A stretch of DNA of 64,000 nt from an uncultured Acidobacteriota bacterium (GCA_963809485.1 CAWEJX010000020.1:480001-544000), one strand, 5' to 3'. Positions 1 to 11,583 are shown, counted from the stretch's first letter. A program made the numbers and translations. Notes: a model not told the origin generated them from the sequence alone.

Positions 1-1
1 G

Positions 2-1042
2 GCGGCACTGAAGTATGTGCCGCAGGTGGCCGCGAACGTGGTGCGCCCCGATTTTGATGCGCATGATTGGCCTCTGGGCGATCAAAAAGCGGCCAGCCTT
101 CTGCCGGGAGAAAAGCAGAAAGCGCTTGATGCAATTGTCGAATCCGGCTTTGACGGCAGTACCTATGGGGGGCGAACCTGGGGCATCATCGTTGTGAAAG
201 ACGGCAAGATCGTTTCAGAACGCTATTCCATGGGCTTCGACATGCACCAGGGCGCGCAGACGCATTCGGCGGCAAAAAGCTTCGCGGCCTCTCTGGCTGG
301 CATTGCCACGTGGAAATACGGGCTGGACCTGGATCTTCCCGGCGCGCTTGCCGAGTGGCGCAAAGACGGCGATCCGCGGGGAACGATCACGGCGCGTCAC
401 TTGCTTCACATGTCGAGCGGCTTGTACGGCGAAGGCAACGGCAGTCCGCAATCGGATATCTACGCCGGAGGTGCTACTGTAGCGGACCGTGCGGTGACGA
501 ACATGCTCGATACGCTGCCGGGCACGCGTTTCCTATATAATCCGCCCGATACAATGCTCCTGATTCGGGCCGTACGCGAAGCGGTTAGAGACGACCGGAC
601 TTTCTGGGCGATGCCGTTTCAGCAGCTATTCTGGAAAATTGGCATGACGCGCACTACGCCGGCCAGTGATTGGAACGGCGACTTCCTGATGTCGGGCCAG
701 ACCTATTCTACTGCAAGGGACTTTGCGCGCTTCGGGCTGCTGTATTTAAATAACGGCGTATGGAACGGCGAACGCATTTTGCCTGAAGGCTGGACCCAAT
801 TGGTTTCCACTCCGGGCCCCGTTCAACCTGAAGGCAACGGCGCGCGATACGGCGGCCAGTTCTGGCTGTACGGCGGCATTGATGGACTGCCCGCCGACGC
901 GTATTCGCCGAGCGGCGGCCAGGGTCAGTATGCGATGATCATTCCGTCGCACAGGGTTGTGATAGTGCGGCGCGGTTTTGATTCGGGAGCAGGATTTGGA
1001 ATCGCAAAGTTCTGCGCCGCTGTGCTTGCAGTAATCGATTAG
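2..1042 (+). CDS. serine hydrolase, beta-lactamase class C/AmpC-like family; 5' end lies outside the window
   Basis: SxxK motif (HSAAKS), LLHMSSG, FLYN, ARDFARFGLLYLNNG; frame is open from the window start. Confidence 0.85.
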   Translation, partial: AALKYVPQVAANVVRPDFDAHDWPLGDQKAASLLPGEKQKALDAIVESGFDGSTYGGRTWGIIVVKDGKIVSERYSMGFDMHQGAQTHSAAKSFAASLAGIATWKYGLDLDLPGALAEWRKDGDPRGTITARHLLHMSSGLYGEGNGSPQSDIYAGGATVADRAVTNMLDTLPGTRFLYNPPDTMLLIRAVREAVRDDRTFWAMPFQQLFWKIGMTRTTPASDWNGDFLMSGQTYSTARDFARFGLLYLNNGVWNGERILPEGWTQLVSTPGPVQPEGNGARYGGQFWLYGGIDGLPADAYSPSGGQGQYAMIIPSHRVVIVRRGFDSGAGFGIAKFCAAVLAVID

Positions 1043-1124
1043 GCCCCGACCAGGCCCTTCGTGTTTGCCTGATACTGAGGCAACTGCAGATCTTGCCTCC
1101 GGAGGTCGGGATTTCTTAAACACT

Positions 1125-2174
1125 CTACCGAGGCAATTTCACCACACGGTCGCCCTGGAAAGAACCCACATAGAAAGCATCGCCGGCGTCTATGGCGACG
1201 GAGACCCCGTTGATCAGGGCTTTGCCGTTGTTGTCATACAGAATCCGGTGCTCCAGGGTTTCCGGATCCACCTCTGCCAGCATAAAGCCTTGGAGACAGG
1301 GATGCTGGGAATCCTTGGGGCAGTTGCCGCTTACGCCCTTGATGCCCGCAGCCAGAATTTTTCCGTCCCGTTTCCAGGTAAGGTTATCCGGCATGAAAGG
1401 CAGTTCGCATTTTGCGATCTCCTTTTTGGCCTTCAGATCGTACTTGTGCAGGTCGCGGGTAACCCAGCCGCTGATGTAGGCATAGCGGCCGTTCTCGGAA
1501 ATCACAACTCCATTTGGATATCCGTACTCCGATCCGGGGAGCACACGCTCCCCATTCTCTTTAGTCCAGATTGCAACATTCCCGGAAGGCTCGCCCGCAA
1601 AAGGATTCCGCCCTTCCTTTTGAATGGCCTGCGGCCGCGTGGCGACGAAACTCCCGTCGGGCAGAGAGGCGACATCATTGTAAGGCTTGCTCGCAAGCAC
1701 GCATCCGCGCCATACTAGTTTCCATTTCCCGCCTTCCGGCAGCAATTCATACATTTCCATCGATTCGCGTATACTGTGATTGACGGCATACAACTGCCAT
1801 TCGCCGCTTGTTCGTTTTGAGAGCGACAACCCGTGAGGCTGGATCCGTCCGCCGATGGATTGCGTGCAGGCGTCTTCACCCCAATCCGGTTTCTTTTCGG
1901 CCGATAGAGGGATTGGGACAAAGGTCCGCGCGGCAGGATCAAACAGATCCAGGCCTTTGTTTTCGTCCCGCCCCATTTTAGCCACGATTAAAAACCTGCC
2001 GTCCGGGGTAGGCTCAAAATCTTCCGGTGCAATCGTGCCGCAGATGACCTCGGCATCGCCGTGCCGGCCGCAGTCAAGCAGCTGAGGATTGAACGCTCCG
2101 GGCTGTGCGTCGGCTGAGGATCGCAGCAACAACAGGCCTAGGAATAGGAACAGCGCGTATCGAAAATGTTTCAT
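1125..2174 (-). CDS. SMP-30/gluconolactonase/paraoxonase-like secreted beta-propeller
   Basis: Signal peptide; PED, PHG, YNDV, PNG and PDN motifs typical of paraoxonase/SGL proteins. Confidence 0.8.
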   Translation of the reverse strand: MKHFRYALFLFLGLLLLRSSADAQPGAFNPQLLDCGRHGDAEVICGTIAPEDFEPTPDGRFLIVAKMGRDENKGLDLFDPAARTFVPIPLSAEKKPDWGEDACTQSIGGRIQPHGLSLSKRTSGEWQLYAVNHSIRESMEMYELLPEGGKWKLVWRGCVLASKPYNDVASLPDGSFVATRPQAIQKEGRNPFAGEPSGNVAIWTKENGERVLPGSEYGYPNGVVISENGRYAYISGWVTRDLHKYDLKAKKEIAKCELPFMPDNLTWKRDGKILAAGIKGVSGNCPKDSQHPCLQGFMLAEVDPETLEHRILYDNNGKALINGVSVAIDAGDAFYVGSFQGDRVVKLPR

Positions 2175-2211
2175 GGGCACCCCCTGTTCATCATTCATTA
2201 CAGTGATTCCG

Positions 2212-2550
2212 TCAATTGTGTTTCTTCAGATATTGCCGGATCAGAAACTTCATCACGTCGTCGTGGCCTTTGTTGCCGGAATACGCCCGATCGCGGAAAA
2301 GCATTCTATGAGGGTCCTCTTGCGTAAACGGCTTACATAAATGCATGTCGGAACCGTCGGCATCCCTGCCGTTCGGATCGCCGGCACGGATAAAGCTGGC
2401 CCAGCAATTGCACATCATCCGGGCAAGATCAAAGTGTTTCCCGACGAAGGGACGCCAGCATTTTGCCAGCGTTTCGAAGAAGACCCATAGATCTACGGAA
2501 TGGAAGGCGCCTGGATTGTCCCGGCCGGGAATCTCGGCATTGAACACCCA
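2212..2550 (-). pseudogene. C-terminal fragment of a type-B carboxylesterase
   Basis: GAFHSVDLWVFF (catalytic His) and WASFIRAGDPNG; N-terminal part absent. Confidence 0.75.
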
Positions 2551-3133
2551 ATAACACCTGAATTATGCACCGAAAATGCACTTTTGAACAGTGCCGCATC
2601 ATCTCTACCCACATATAATTATTCGAATAACTGAATGACGTGGACTGTAAACCATTTGTAATTTTGTACTTCCAATCGGCGCATAAAAAATTATGCATGA
2701 GAATGGATGCGTTTGAGATTTCGTATTCATGCGAGTGCGCCCTCCACGACCGGAGCGAAGGTGTCTCCTCGCTGCTTTATTGCTTTCAATCGTTCCAGCA
2801 GTCGGCTAAACACATTTTGTTCTTCAAGATTTTGTCATCGCCTGCCAACCACTTTACAGCTGTTTTAGTGCCCTATCCAAGCTTCAAATGTGAAATTTTG
2901 CCATGAAAAGGCAGGATCGATATAGAAACTTGCCGGCCGTCGCGCACCCGCTGGCGAGCGCCCCCGAAATATCGTGGGACGATTCGGGGTTTCCTGATAT
3001 ATTCGGCACAGCGGTCAGCTCCAGCATCCAGGTTCCTGGCTGTACAGATACGCAGGTACGGTGACGTGTCGTCAACTCGCACCATGCCGGTGATGGCGTT
3101 TGCGTACGGCTTGGGGATGGACAAGCACGAGAT

Positions 3134-3710
3134 ATGAAAACGACCCTGGACATCTCGATTCTGGCCCTTAACATCGGGATGATGACAGTCGTCGGCATGG
3201 CGCTCGGCGTGCTCCTCGGCGTGCTTCCGATCCCGATCCCCGGGTTGGGGCCCCTCAGTCTCGGCGTCGCGGGCGGGCCGCTCGTCGTGGGGCTCGTCCT
3301 CGGCCGGTTTGGCCGTACCGGGGGGTGGGTTTGGACCATGCCGCTCTCGGCGAACATCATCCTGCGCAATTTCGGCCTCACGGTGTTCCTCGCTCAGGTC
3401 GGCATGACTTCGGGACCGAAGTTCCTCGAGACGGTGGCGCAGACGGGCCCGATCTTCCTCGGATTGGGCGCAGCCATCGTGCTCGTCGCGGTGCTCTTCA
3501 ACCTGCTCGTCGGACACTTTTTCTTCAGACTGAATTTCGACGAACTCCTCGGTGCCACCTGTGGCGTGGCCGCCAATCGGGCCATAGATGGTCTTCGCTT
3601 CGAAGCTCACGGCGAGCGACCGCACCGACGTCGTGTATGCGATGACGTTCCCGACCGGCACCATCATGAAGATCCTGCTTCTTCAGGTGATGCTGGCGAT
3701 GATGGGATAG
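3134..3710 (+). pseudogene. AspT/YidE/YbjL antiporter C-terminal domain, truncated and frameshifted
   Basis: LSLGVAGGPLVVGLVLGRFGRTG, FGLTVFLAQVG; frameshift near 3580, continues YAMTFPTGTIMKILLLQ to TAG at 3710. Confidence 0.75.
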
Positions 3711-3902
3711 CCATGAGCAACAAGTCCGACCATTCTGCCGAGGAAGCCCTCCAATGCGGATCGCCGGCAACGAACGGTTTCTGCGGTGCTAATTTTGTCT
3801 CGCAGAACTGCCCATGAGACCCTGGCCAAGTTGGCTTGCGGGCAGCGGCCGAAGGCCGGTAAAATCAGGGACGTTCCTGATTTCGTAGGGAAAGTGAGTT
3901 TT

Positions 3903-4978
3903 ATGCGTCTGGTTAGGTTTTTTCTGCTGACGTTTCTGACCGTTATTGTTACGTCCCCCTGTGATGGCGGCAGAAGCGCCTTCGGGATCCGGAGACAGTG
4001 GAGAAAAGAAGCCCGTTATCTCATTTGTAGAGATCCAGACTGCCAAAATATCCACGCGCTATAGCTATGTGGAAAGCGACCGCGGTGTCACGATAACGAA
4101 TCAGCAGCAGCATAAGGAAGCATTTAACATCAGATTTCTCTTTGACGGTAAGGGGAATTACTCGCTCAACGCGATGGCTGGATCGGGCACAGGTTTCACC
4201 TCAAGTTGGGATAACCTGGGGATTGGAAGCGATGCGAGCTCCCACCTCAATTTTCGCGAGCTATTTCTATCGCTGAAACCATGGAGTGGATTAGAGCTTC
4301 AGTATGGCGGTATCAGTCCTGCGCGCGGAGTCGCGACCGAAATCACAACCTATGATAACGACGCCTTCATCCTGGGCGCCCGCATTTCGCTCAAAAGGCC
4401 GAAAGATCTCTTCTTCGACGAAATCGCCGGCACTCTTGCATACCTGGGCGATCTCAATGAACCGGATGTTTTTCACCGGTTCGATCGATTTGACCAGGCT
4501 CAATTATCACCAGATACTTGTCTCGAAAAAGATCGGGAAGCGGGCCGTAGTCAGCGCAGATTACACGTCTCAATGGGGCATTGCGACTTTGCGCCAGGCA
4601 GTGCAGGTGACGCTTCCCGAACTCAGGCTGGTGGATTCCATACGCTTCGAAAATTACCAGCGGGTTGAAGGGAATGAAGCATTCGGCTTTGCGGTCCAGG
4701 GAGACAAAAAAATCCGCCGGTGGCTTACCCTGGGGGGAGGTTTTGCCGATATCGACGAGTTCTATGGCGGCTTGAACGCGGATCGCTTCGACAGAGGGAA
4801 ACGCGTCTTTGCTCTCGCAAAGATTGATTTGATTCACTCATTAAGCGCCGAAGCTTTCATCCAGCAAGCGGTTGGCAACGACTTTCCAATTTCCAATGAC
4901 GTTCGCCTGGATTTGGTGCTGACCTATGACCTTCTGCCCGCTTTCCGCCACTTAGGACTTTTTCGAATCCCCAAATGA
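3903..4978 (+). CDS. hypothetical outer-membrane beta-barrel-like protein spread over three frames
   Basis: Signal peptide MRLVRFFLLTF, then overlapping ORFs 3946-4668 and 4304-4978 with amphipathic beta-strand character. Confidence 0.5.
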
Positions 4979-5664
4979 GATTGTGAGAATGATTCCGCGA
5001 TACATTATAAGCATTTCTATCCTGTAGGCTAAATGCAAAGCGGAGAAGTTGGCGAGCGGAATAAGGGAATTAACAGAAGAGTGGCAGAATCCGAATGCTC
5101 GTCCAGATACCCGGGATGAGAACTTAAACAATCCATCGATTTCGCTCCTAATGGAATTATGTGATCTCTCCAGGATGCCGATGGAGCCAGCACACCACGG
5201 TACCGATAATGTAGAGCTCCACATTAGCTGATAAGGTTAAAACGAGGCGGAGGTACTAAGGCGGCCAGCTTCTATATCAACTCAAGCGGTTCAAAAATCA
5301 CAGGCGTTGTCCGATGGTGCCAGCTGTCAATTTCCGCGCTCTTTCCCCCATCCGATTTTCACGATCTATCCCCCACCCGCTGCTGACTCGGTATCGTTTT
5401 AGCTTTTTTCAAAATTCATAGCAACCTTTCAATTTCTCCGCTGTTTTTAGGAAGCGGAAAATCTGGGATCGCGACAACATCATCTCCTCTCTTTTTTCTG
5501 TCCTATGGGTGGAATGGCTGAATTATGTCGAATGCAGGAAAAACAACTTGGTTTGCACACATTTCCGGCGATTATTATGGCTTAATCCCAGGTATTGTTT
5601 GTTACCTTTATGTTACCTTTTTGGGGTTGAGCTTTTAGGGTGGAGCTATAAGTCTTTTATTTTC

Positions 5665-5707
5665 TGGTGCGCCCGGCAAGACTCGAACTTGCGGCCTTTT
5701 GATTCGT
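5665..5707 (-). other. 3' half of tRNA-Arg(ACG), att-site remnant
   Basis: Minus strand reads ACGAATCAAAAGGCCGCAAGTTCGAGTCTTGCCGGGCGCACCA (anticodon, T-loop, CCA); no 5' half. Confidence 0.75.
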
Positions 5708-5710
5708 GGG

Positions 5711-6505
5711 TGTATGTCTTCAGCGAAAATGGGAATTCGGGCGACCAAACTAAGAGACACTTTGCGCCGAAACTGATATAGCGAGTTTAGCATTGATTGC
5801 TTGCCTCCCGGCAAGTGTTTTTCCTTTTAGCTTTCTCCTTTTGCTTTGAATCGTATCCCTTCTGCCAAAATAAACATCATCCGGCGTTACGTTACCAAGG
5901 GCTTCGTGGTATCGCCGGCTGTTGTAGTATTCGATGAAACTGGCAATCTCTTGTTTAACTTCATCGGGCGATTCCCAAACGACAAGGTTGATCTGTTCCT
6001 TGCAGGAACGGTGGTATCGCTCAATCTTCCCGTTGGTCTGCGGATGGTAGGGTGAAGCCAGAATATGCCCGATTCCTTTGACTTCAAGATAACAGCCAAA
6101 CTCTCTCGAAATCAGGGCCGATCCACGATCTGTAACCAGCCGGGGCCGGTCCACTTCCGGAATGGAATGAATCCCGACCGATTCGCAGGCCTCTTCAATG
6201 ACATCGCTGAAGTCTCCAGCCGCCATAGCCGACTGCAAACGCCAGGCGAGAATACACCGACTGAAATCATCTATTACGGAAATCAGGTAATACCAACCCC
6301 AGTTCTTAACCGGCAAATACGTGGCGTCAGTTTGCCACTGTTGATTCGGCCTGCTGGTTTTCACGCGGTATTCCGGTCCTGCCGGAAAGGTCTTCTGTTG
6401 GACTTCGTGAATAAACCCTTCCCGTTTCAGAATCCGATAAACCGAAGACTCTGAAATGGCAAAGCCGGCAGTATCGGTGATATGGCAGCTTGGATTTCTC
6501 CCATT
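5711..6505 (-). mobile_element. IS3/IS481-like element, 5'-truncated (integrase-core DDE transposase)
   Basis: WQTDAT, DDFSR, TDRG, HPQTNGKIERYHR, RYHEALGNVTP; terminal TGTATGTC at 5711; frame extends upstream through SESSVYRILK. Confidence 0.85.
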
Positions 6506-6790
6506 AATGTCGACCCCTCAGATGGGCCTGTCGTGAGTCCGTGGGTGTTCGCGACCATGTCGGGCGACGTGACCGGCTTTGGCAGGTTGACATTCCGGTT
6601 TCATTTGAGCAACGCAGGTGACGGTGAGTCGGTCTGGCTAGAAGCTGATGGCGGCCCTCTTCATGGTCAACAGACCGTTGCATTCATAGACGACGCATCG
6701 GTCGAAGCCGTTCCTGAACCTACATCCCTCCTCCTGCTTGGCACTGGCCTTGGCATGATCTGTTTGGCTGTATGGCGCAGAGGGAGATAG
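6505..6790 (+). pseudogene. PEP-CTERM sorting-domain protein, C-terminal fragment
   Basis: VPEPTSLLLLGTGLGMICLAVWRRGR; N-terminus replaced by the IS. Confidence 0.75.
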
Positions 6791-6811
6791 CAGCGTTCAC
6801 TTATACAATAT

Positions 6812-7219
6812 TTGACCTTAAGCGAGCGTTGCTTTTCGGAGGTTACAGCAATAAAAAGAAAACAGGAACCTATATTGGTTCCAATAATATTGTTCCTTCT
6901 CGCTGGAGTGCCCATCGTTTCAGCTGACAGTATCCCCCGCCTGGTTTGGTATCCTGAAGATCATCCCTGGAGTATCGGAACCTATGGCTCCAGGAACCAG
7001 CTCGGGCGAGGCCGCCTGGATTATCCAACAGAAGTGTGGGGCGAATTCGAGCTGGCAGGAACGGATCAGCCAGCAGTTATTGCCTGGACATATTGGTCGT
7101 ACAGCGCTTTCCAGGCGTTCGACGGCTGCAATCCTTGGGAGCGGGGAGAACTGGAATTAAAAGGTGCTGGCACAATTTGTAGCCACGAGCCAATTGAGCT
7201 ATGCCAGTCCAATTCCTAA
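6812..7219 (+). CDS. hypothetical secreted protein, probably truncated
   Basis: Hydrophobic signal-like segment; runs into the 3' end of the opposite-strand gene. Confidence 0.35.
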   Translation: MTLSERCFSEVTAIKRKQEPILVPIILFLLAGVPIVSADSIPRLVWYPEDHPWSIGTYGSRNQLGRGRLDYPTEVWGEFELAGTDQPAVIAWTYWSYSAFQAFDGCNPWERGELELKGAGTICSHEPIELCQSNS

Positions 7220-8353
7220 ACCGACTTTCTTGAGCAGCCCCCTCTGTTTGAAATAGGTGAACAGGGAAGTTGCCAGCAGTCCCTCATCATGAGCAAGCTG
7301 AATGACATCGGGATCCCAGTTGTCATTGGCTTCAATGACCACTGGGCCGCCAGCGGTAAAAGCGACATCCCAGCCCAGTATGGCATTGAAAGGAAGCTGT
7401 TTCACAGCAAAGCGCAAAAGGTCTAGGCACTGAGCCCAATCGGGCACCCGGATCCCTTCTATCTGGGCACCCGTTACCGGATGTACGGAGAAACGAGCCA
7501 GCGCAGTGGTTTTCTTCGTTACAGCCGGGCCGACGATACCACTAGCGATGTCAATGGGGGCAGCAAGATTACCCAGGGATAGATTGTCTGCGGGGAAAGT
7601 TCCGGTCCCAATCCGAAGAGCAGCGGCGAGCACATGAACATCCTCTTCGAGTAAAGTGATAATTCTGGCGGTATGAAGCACGCCGGCCGAGAACCTCGCG
7701 AGTTCCGGATGAGGGGAGAGGAGTTCCTCGACGACGAACGCGCTTTCTCCTTGTTCAGGAAAGATATGCTGCAGTAGATCATTAATCCCGATGGTCCCTG
7801 AAGGCAACCGCTGCCATTCCCCATCCCCCAATTGTCGCCCGAGACTTAGAACCCCGCTGCCGCGCGCCCCCATGAGTGGCTTGAGGAATACGTTCTCAAT
7901 CTGTTCATCCCTCAACCAGGCCTTGACCTGCTCTTTGGAGCGTAGCTCATAGTGTTTCCCAAATTCGCCGACACTCGTCTGGCCAATAACCGCGTGCAGG
8001 CGGGGCACAGGGATCCCTGAACCCCTCATGAAACAGTTAAAGATAGCTTTGTTCTCCGTCAGGATGTGATAGGTAGCCGGATTTACCGCCATCCACCACC
8101 TCCACCTTTCATAATCCCCCAGGAATTCCCTTTTCTTTCGCCAGGAGAGGTTTGGGCGATACAAGCCATAGAGATAATAATCAGCGGCAGTAATACCATT
8201 TGACACCAGCAACCTCCATTGTTCTATGGTTCTATGGAATCGATTTGGGATTGCAGGGTCATCGTGATCAGAGTGCTCCCCAAGGAAGCGGATCATCACT
8301 CTAAGACACCTTAGCCAGCGCACGATCAACTTGCAAAACGCGATGAGTGCCAT
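7199..8353 (-). CDS. sugar-transfer-associated ATP-grasp domain protein
   Basis: ENK, FLKP..GARGSGV, VEE, HTARIIT, DNLSLG, GWDVAFT, VIEAN; GGAGG RBS. Confidence 0.85.
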   Translation of the reverse strand: MALIAFCKLIVRWLRCLRVMIRFLGEHSDHDDPAIPNRFHRTIEQWRLLVSNGITAADYYLYGLYRPNLSWRKKREFLGDYERWRWWMAVNPATYHILTENKAIFNCFMRGSGIPVPRLHAVIGQTSVGEFGKHYELRSKEQVKAWLRDEQIENVFLKPLMGARGSGVLSLGRQLGDGEWQRLPSGTIGINDLLQHIFPEQGESAFVVEELLSPHPELARFSAGVLHTARIITLLEEDVHVLAAALRIGTGTFPADNLSLGNLAAPIDIASGIVGPAVTKKTTALARFSVHPVTGAQIEGIRVPDWAQCLDLLRFAVKQLPFNAILGWDVAFTAGGPVVIEANDNWDPDVIQLAHDEGLLATSLFTYFKQRGLLKKVGLGIGLA

Positions 8354-9206
8354 TCGCGGATCACCTCCATAATGGGTATACCCTATTCTTAGGACAGAAA
8401 AAGGGCCTATTTGAGGCGGAACGTTGCCTTGGTTTCGACAGCCATAATTGGCCCCTTTCCGGAACTGTATTTTGCCTCACCTATATTATTTATCGTCATC
8501 CCGTCTCTTTTCTGCTTTTTTGCTTATTGCCTTTTTTCGCAAGCACGCCAACGAGCGGCGTAAAACCAAGATTTTCTGCCGGGGCGTTCGAAACCGGCCT
8601 CGTAATAGGGCCGCTATTGTGCGATTTACGGGCAGAGCATATCCAGGAATCCCCGATGCGTTTGGATGCATATAGAAACCGCCCACCGCTGGGGGTGGGG
8701 ATTTATATATGCATCCAAACATCGAGCCACATTGTCTTCTTTTAATTCATCAACGCTGGGGATGTAGACGGGCCAGCATCGGAAATTCGATGGCGGGGGC
8801 GATTGAGCTATTGCGTTCGGCATTGGGGCTTCCATACAAGAGACTGCCACAGGGTGTTCATGGACGTGCGTCTTTTATAGTAGGTGCAGGCTGGAATGCT
8901 TTACTGAATGCCTCGTGCCGATCCACGGTGGTATTTCCCAATTGAAGCGATACCGACAGACAGTCTGGAATGAGCGATACGAAGTCGTGGATATTGGATT
9001 TCTAGTGGGGCACAAGGGCCATCAAACAGTATGCCAAAGCCAGGCAATCCAGTTCTGTCATCCAACCTTTTGCTGAGTGCCTGATCATCCCTATATAGTT
9101 GATATCGCTTAATTTATCGAGATGAATTCGTTGGAGAATTTCTTGGCCAAATGGACCCCCAAAAGAGTTAGTATTTTAAACATTGACTGTAACTTATTGA
9201 TTCTGT

Positions 9207-9252
9207 TGGTGAGCCGTGAAGGAATCGAACCTTCAACCTACTGATTAAAAGT
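9207..9252 (-). other. tRNA-Lys 3' copy (att remnant) with adjacent IHF-consensus site at 9190-9202
   Basis: Matches 57967-58012 with one mismatch; minus-strand AATCAATAAGTTA fits WATCAANNNNTTR. Confidence 0.85.
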
Positions 9253-9264
9253 TATATATTTTGG

Positions 9265-9287
9265 GGTGCTTCCGCAATCTACTGTTG
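9265..9287 (+). repeat. orphan IS1-type terminal inverted repeat
   Basis: GGTGCTTCCGCAATCTACTGTTG resembles both ends of the IS at 38049-39236. Confidence 0.7.
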
Positions 9288-9419
9288 GCGGTCTGTCTTT
9301 ATCCAATTCTGAGCAAAGCACTTATGTTCGTTTTAACGCGAGGTCAGAATCGGTGAGGTCAAAACCGGCTATAATATTCTGTGCTATAAAGCTTTAGGTT
9401 AATCCCAACAACACTCAAC

Positions 9420-10003
9420 GACGGAAGCACCAGAATCAGCTCCATGCGCCGGATCGCGAACTCTTCGAATTCCGGGATTTGTTCCACCGACGCCAGCTTT
9501 CCCGAAACAATTCCCGGACTTTGGGGGACGTCGCTGAAATACGGGCACGAATTCACGATGAGGATTACCAATAAGAGTGCCTCGGCGAAGAAAGTCTTGA
9601 TGTATCATCACGGGCGCGGGAGCCAGGAAAGCGTTTTCGGAGAATTGAAATCGCATAGCCAATTGGATTATGTCCCTGTCCGCCACTTGTACGGCAACCA
9701 GCTTTACATGATCGCTGCGATTATGTCCCACAATCTGAACCGGGAATTACAAATGGCGGCTTCCCCTGCTGACCGGGGTACGACAACAAAGCGCGCTCCT
9801 TTGTGGCAATTTACGGAATTAGCAACTTTGCGCCATAGGTTATTACAAAGGGCCGGACGGTTATCTCAACCAAGCAACCGGCTTACCCTGACACTCAGCG
9901 ACAATGAAACTGTTAAGAGTGAAGTCCTTCATTTTATAGAAGTCCTTGCTCAAGCAGCCTGACTTGATATATTCTCTTTACATCGTTTTTTGCAACGTTT
10001 AGG
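9420..10003 (+). mobile_element. IS1380-family transposase C-terminal fragment
   Basis: YHHGRGSQESVFGELK, GNQLYM..AIMSHNL, TLRHRLLQRAGRL. Confidence 0.75.
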
Positions 10004-10075
10004 ATGATCTGTGACTACAGTGTCTCATCTTCACCCTGCGCGGGGCGAAAAGCGGACCAACTAAAGGAGATTGAG

Positions 10076-10630
10076 ATGAAACCAAGGGCTTTCATGGGAT
10101 TTTCCTTGGTAATGGCGTTAATGATCGGTGTTTTTGCCCCAATGGCGAAGGCGCAGGATAATTCTCCTTCAAACCCTGCTGCCATAGGCACGCCTGTGAA
10201 GTCAACTCTGGAACTCGGCGGAGCCTACGACATCGTCATTACTGTCCTGGAAATCGTGCGCGGCAAAGAGGCGCTGCAGCGCCTGAAAACAACCAGCCTG
10301 AGCAACAAGGAGCCGAAAGCGGGCTATGAGTATCTCCTTGCCCGGATCAAGTTTGAATTAAAGCCGAGAAGTGTCTCGGACAAAAGGAATTTTATTCTCG
10401 GCAGTCTGATGCAGTGGGTCGCTTACTCTTCGGATTTAAAAGAGTATGAAAGCGTTTCGGTTGCCGTGCCCAAGCCGGAACTAACAGGTGAAGCGGAGCC
10501 AAACAAGGCTGTGGAAGGTTGGGTCGCATTTGCGGTCGATCAGAAAGATACCAAGCCGATCATGACCTTTGATCCCGCTTCCGGCGCTGCCACGCTGCGA
10601 GGGAAGATCCTGTTCTTCAAGCTTTTTTGA
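10076..10630 (+). CDS. secreted DUF4352-like (Ig-fold) protein
   Basis: AAGGAG RBS, signal peptide, N.EPKAGYEYLL and EGWVAFAV motifs. Confidence 0.65.
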   Translation: MKPRAFMGFSLVMALMIGVFAPMAKAQDNSPSNPAAIGTPVKSTLELGGAYDIVITVLEIVRGKEALQRLKTTSLSNKEPKAGYEYLLARIKFELKPRSVSDKRNFILGSLMQWVAYSSDLKEYESVSVAVPKPELTGEAEPNKAVEGWVAFAVDQKDTKPIMTFDPASGAATLRGKILFFKLF

Positions 10631-10899
10631 GGAGACGGAGGGGAAGGCTCGCTCCATACTCCTTCACAATCCCATGGCTGACTTCCGACTCGTGGATGTC
10701 AGCCATGCCATGTCGCCCTGGATGGGAAGTCGGTAATATTAGCTCCATCGAAGCCCGATCCGAGCCGTTGCTTTACTCGATCTTCCACACTTACAATCAG
10801 AACCATTCATCCAGCCGTAATCCATTCTGTGCCTACCAGAAACTCCATCTGAACCGCAAATATTGAACTTACAGAATCAAGCTGATAGCCTCCCAATTC

Positions 10900-11325
10900 A
10901 TGTACAACATCCTGACTTTGTTTTTCTCAGCCGTCTTCGTCGGCTTTCGATCTCGTCTCGTTCTCCAAACCGAAATCCTCGCTTTGCGACACCAGATCAT
11001 CGTCTTGAAGCGTTCCACCAATCGCCCCAAAACTCGATCTTGGGACCGATTCCTCTGGATCGGGTTTCTTCGATTTTGGCCTCAGTGGCGCTCGGCCCTC
11101 ATTATTGTCAAACCCGAAACTGTACTCGCCTGGCATCGCAAAGGATTCCGCTTGTTTTGGACCTGGAAATGCCAGCACGGCAAGTCGGGAAGACCCGGGA
11201 TTCCCAAGGATGTCCGTGAGCTTATCCGCACGATGAGTAAAAACAATGCCCTCTGGGGAGCCCCTCGAATTCATGGTGAATTGCTCAAGCTTGGAATAGA
11301 GTTGCAACACAGGTTCGCTGTTTGA
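10900..11325 (+). mobile_element. N-terminal fragment of an integrase-core transposase
   Basis: EILALRHQ, VKPETVLAWHRKGF, NALWGAPRIHGELLKLGI; catalytic core missing. Confidence 0.8.
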
Positions 11326-11486
11326 TCTCCTTGTTGAGCCGTTCCAGGAGGTTTGCGTTCTGCCGTCTGATGCAGCAAGGGATCGCTTTGTCGCCGATGG
11401 GAGGCAAGGTTTTCGTGATCAGCGGCTCCATGCAACCTATATGGGTCAGGGGAATCCAATTGCATATCCCAATTTATAATTTATTG

Positions 11487-11583
11487 GTTTGACTTCAGAA
11501 TTGGATTTGGCTACCGTAACTCTCAGCTAGTATTACTCAGCAGAATCAAGAGAATGAATCACCCGCGTACCAGAGTTGGGAGG
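11487..11583 (+). promoter_or_regulatory. copy 1 of a 97-bp promoter/leader-like repeat
   Basis: TTGACT-N17-TACCGT ... GGGAGG; about 79% identical (manual count), ungapped, to 12257-12353. Confidence 0.55.

Noticed and set aside
9207-9252. Functional tRNA-Lys(TTT)
   Set aside because: Only the 3' half is present; the TTT reading comes from one substitution in an att copy
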